From an uncultured Candidatus Rokubacteria bacterium (GTDB lineage: Bacteria > Methylomirabilota > Methylomirabilia > Rokubacteriales > DASRDR01), in NCBI GenBank assembly GCA_963708025.1, contig CAVPSB010000013.1, positions 1 to 64,000 on the forward strand: a DNA stretch of 64,000 nt. Reading direction: 5' to 3'. How positions within the stretch are numbered: position 1 is the first letter of the stretch; every line of letters starts with the position of its first letter. The notes under the pieces are model-generated. The model did not search any database. It was given only the letters and a program-made list of their open reading frames with translations, and had not been told where the DNA came from. A program made the translations under genes and the position numbers. Shown in pieces: positions 63,711 to 64,000 of this stretch.

Positions 63711-63838
63711 GGGGGCGGGGCCGAGGAGCGAGCAGGGCTAGGACGCAGGGAGTCGCTGACCGCAGGCGTATGCCGCATACGCCGAGGATCGGCGACGACC
63801 GAGGACGACGCCCTGCGAAGCTCATCGGCCCCGCCCCC
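63711..63838 (+). repeat. Structured repeat family A; its 3' 33 bp are duplicated at 63652-63684
   Basis: TIR GGGGGCGGGGCCGA/TCGGCCCCGCCCCC; GGCGTATGC-C-GCATACGCC hairpin. Confidence 0.85.
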
Positions 63839-64000
63839 TACTCCAAAGCGAAGCCGAGCGCTTCCGCCAGCGGTACCAGCACCCTCCGCCCGCCGGCGTC
63901 GTGGGCGCGCCACAGCTCGAAGAGCCGGTTCTGGGCGGCCCAGAGATCGGGCATGGCGCCGATCCGCTGGGCGAGCCGGATCACCGCCACCGCGCTCTCC
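63838..64000 (-). CDS. 3' end of a gene running off the window, possibly a DUF3536/GH57 protein
   Basis: ...DLWAAQNRLFELW...LAEALGFALE*; trehalose-cluster context. Confidence 0.5.
   Translation of the reverse strand, partial: ESAVAVIRLAQRIGAMPDLWAAQNRLFELWRAHDAGGRRVLVPLAEALGFALE

Overview
Very GC-rich bacterial chromosomal window. The gene content from about 6.5 kb onward is reminiscent of Ca. Rokubacteria/Methylomirabilota (an impression, not tested). The first ~10 kb is full of single-base indels consistent with uncorrected long reads. It also has an abrupt junction at ~6547, where a PBP1A N-terminus switches into an FAH-family gene. The rest is mostly metabolic: split methionine-synthase modules, a SorAB-like pair, fluC-DUF190, two hydantoinase/oxoprolinase A/B loci (one with a Dpp/Opp ABC transporter), thiolase-DUF35, a type III PKS cluster, gnd and a TreS/TreT trehalose cluster. 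Four things stand out. (1) An AhpD-like gene that the ORF caller split at an in-frame UGA forming a CxxU motif, with a bacterial SECIS-like hairpin: a probable selenoprotein. (2) A modular palindromic repeat (family C) at almost every junction of one operon and in-frame inside proteins. It fuses HyuA to HyuB, apparently supplies an SD plus CTG start, and extends N-termini. (3) A four-copy multi-stem element (family A) with compensatory base changes. (4) A six-copy CTAG-anchored hairpin repeat (family B) and a TA-flanked MITE. No rRNA, tRNA, CRISPR array or transposase was recognised.
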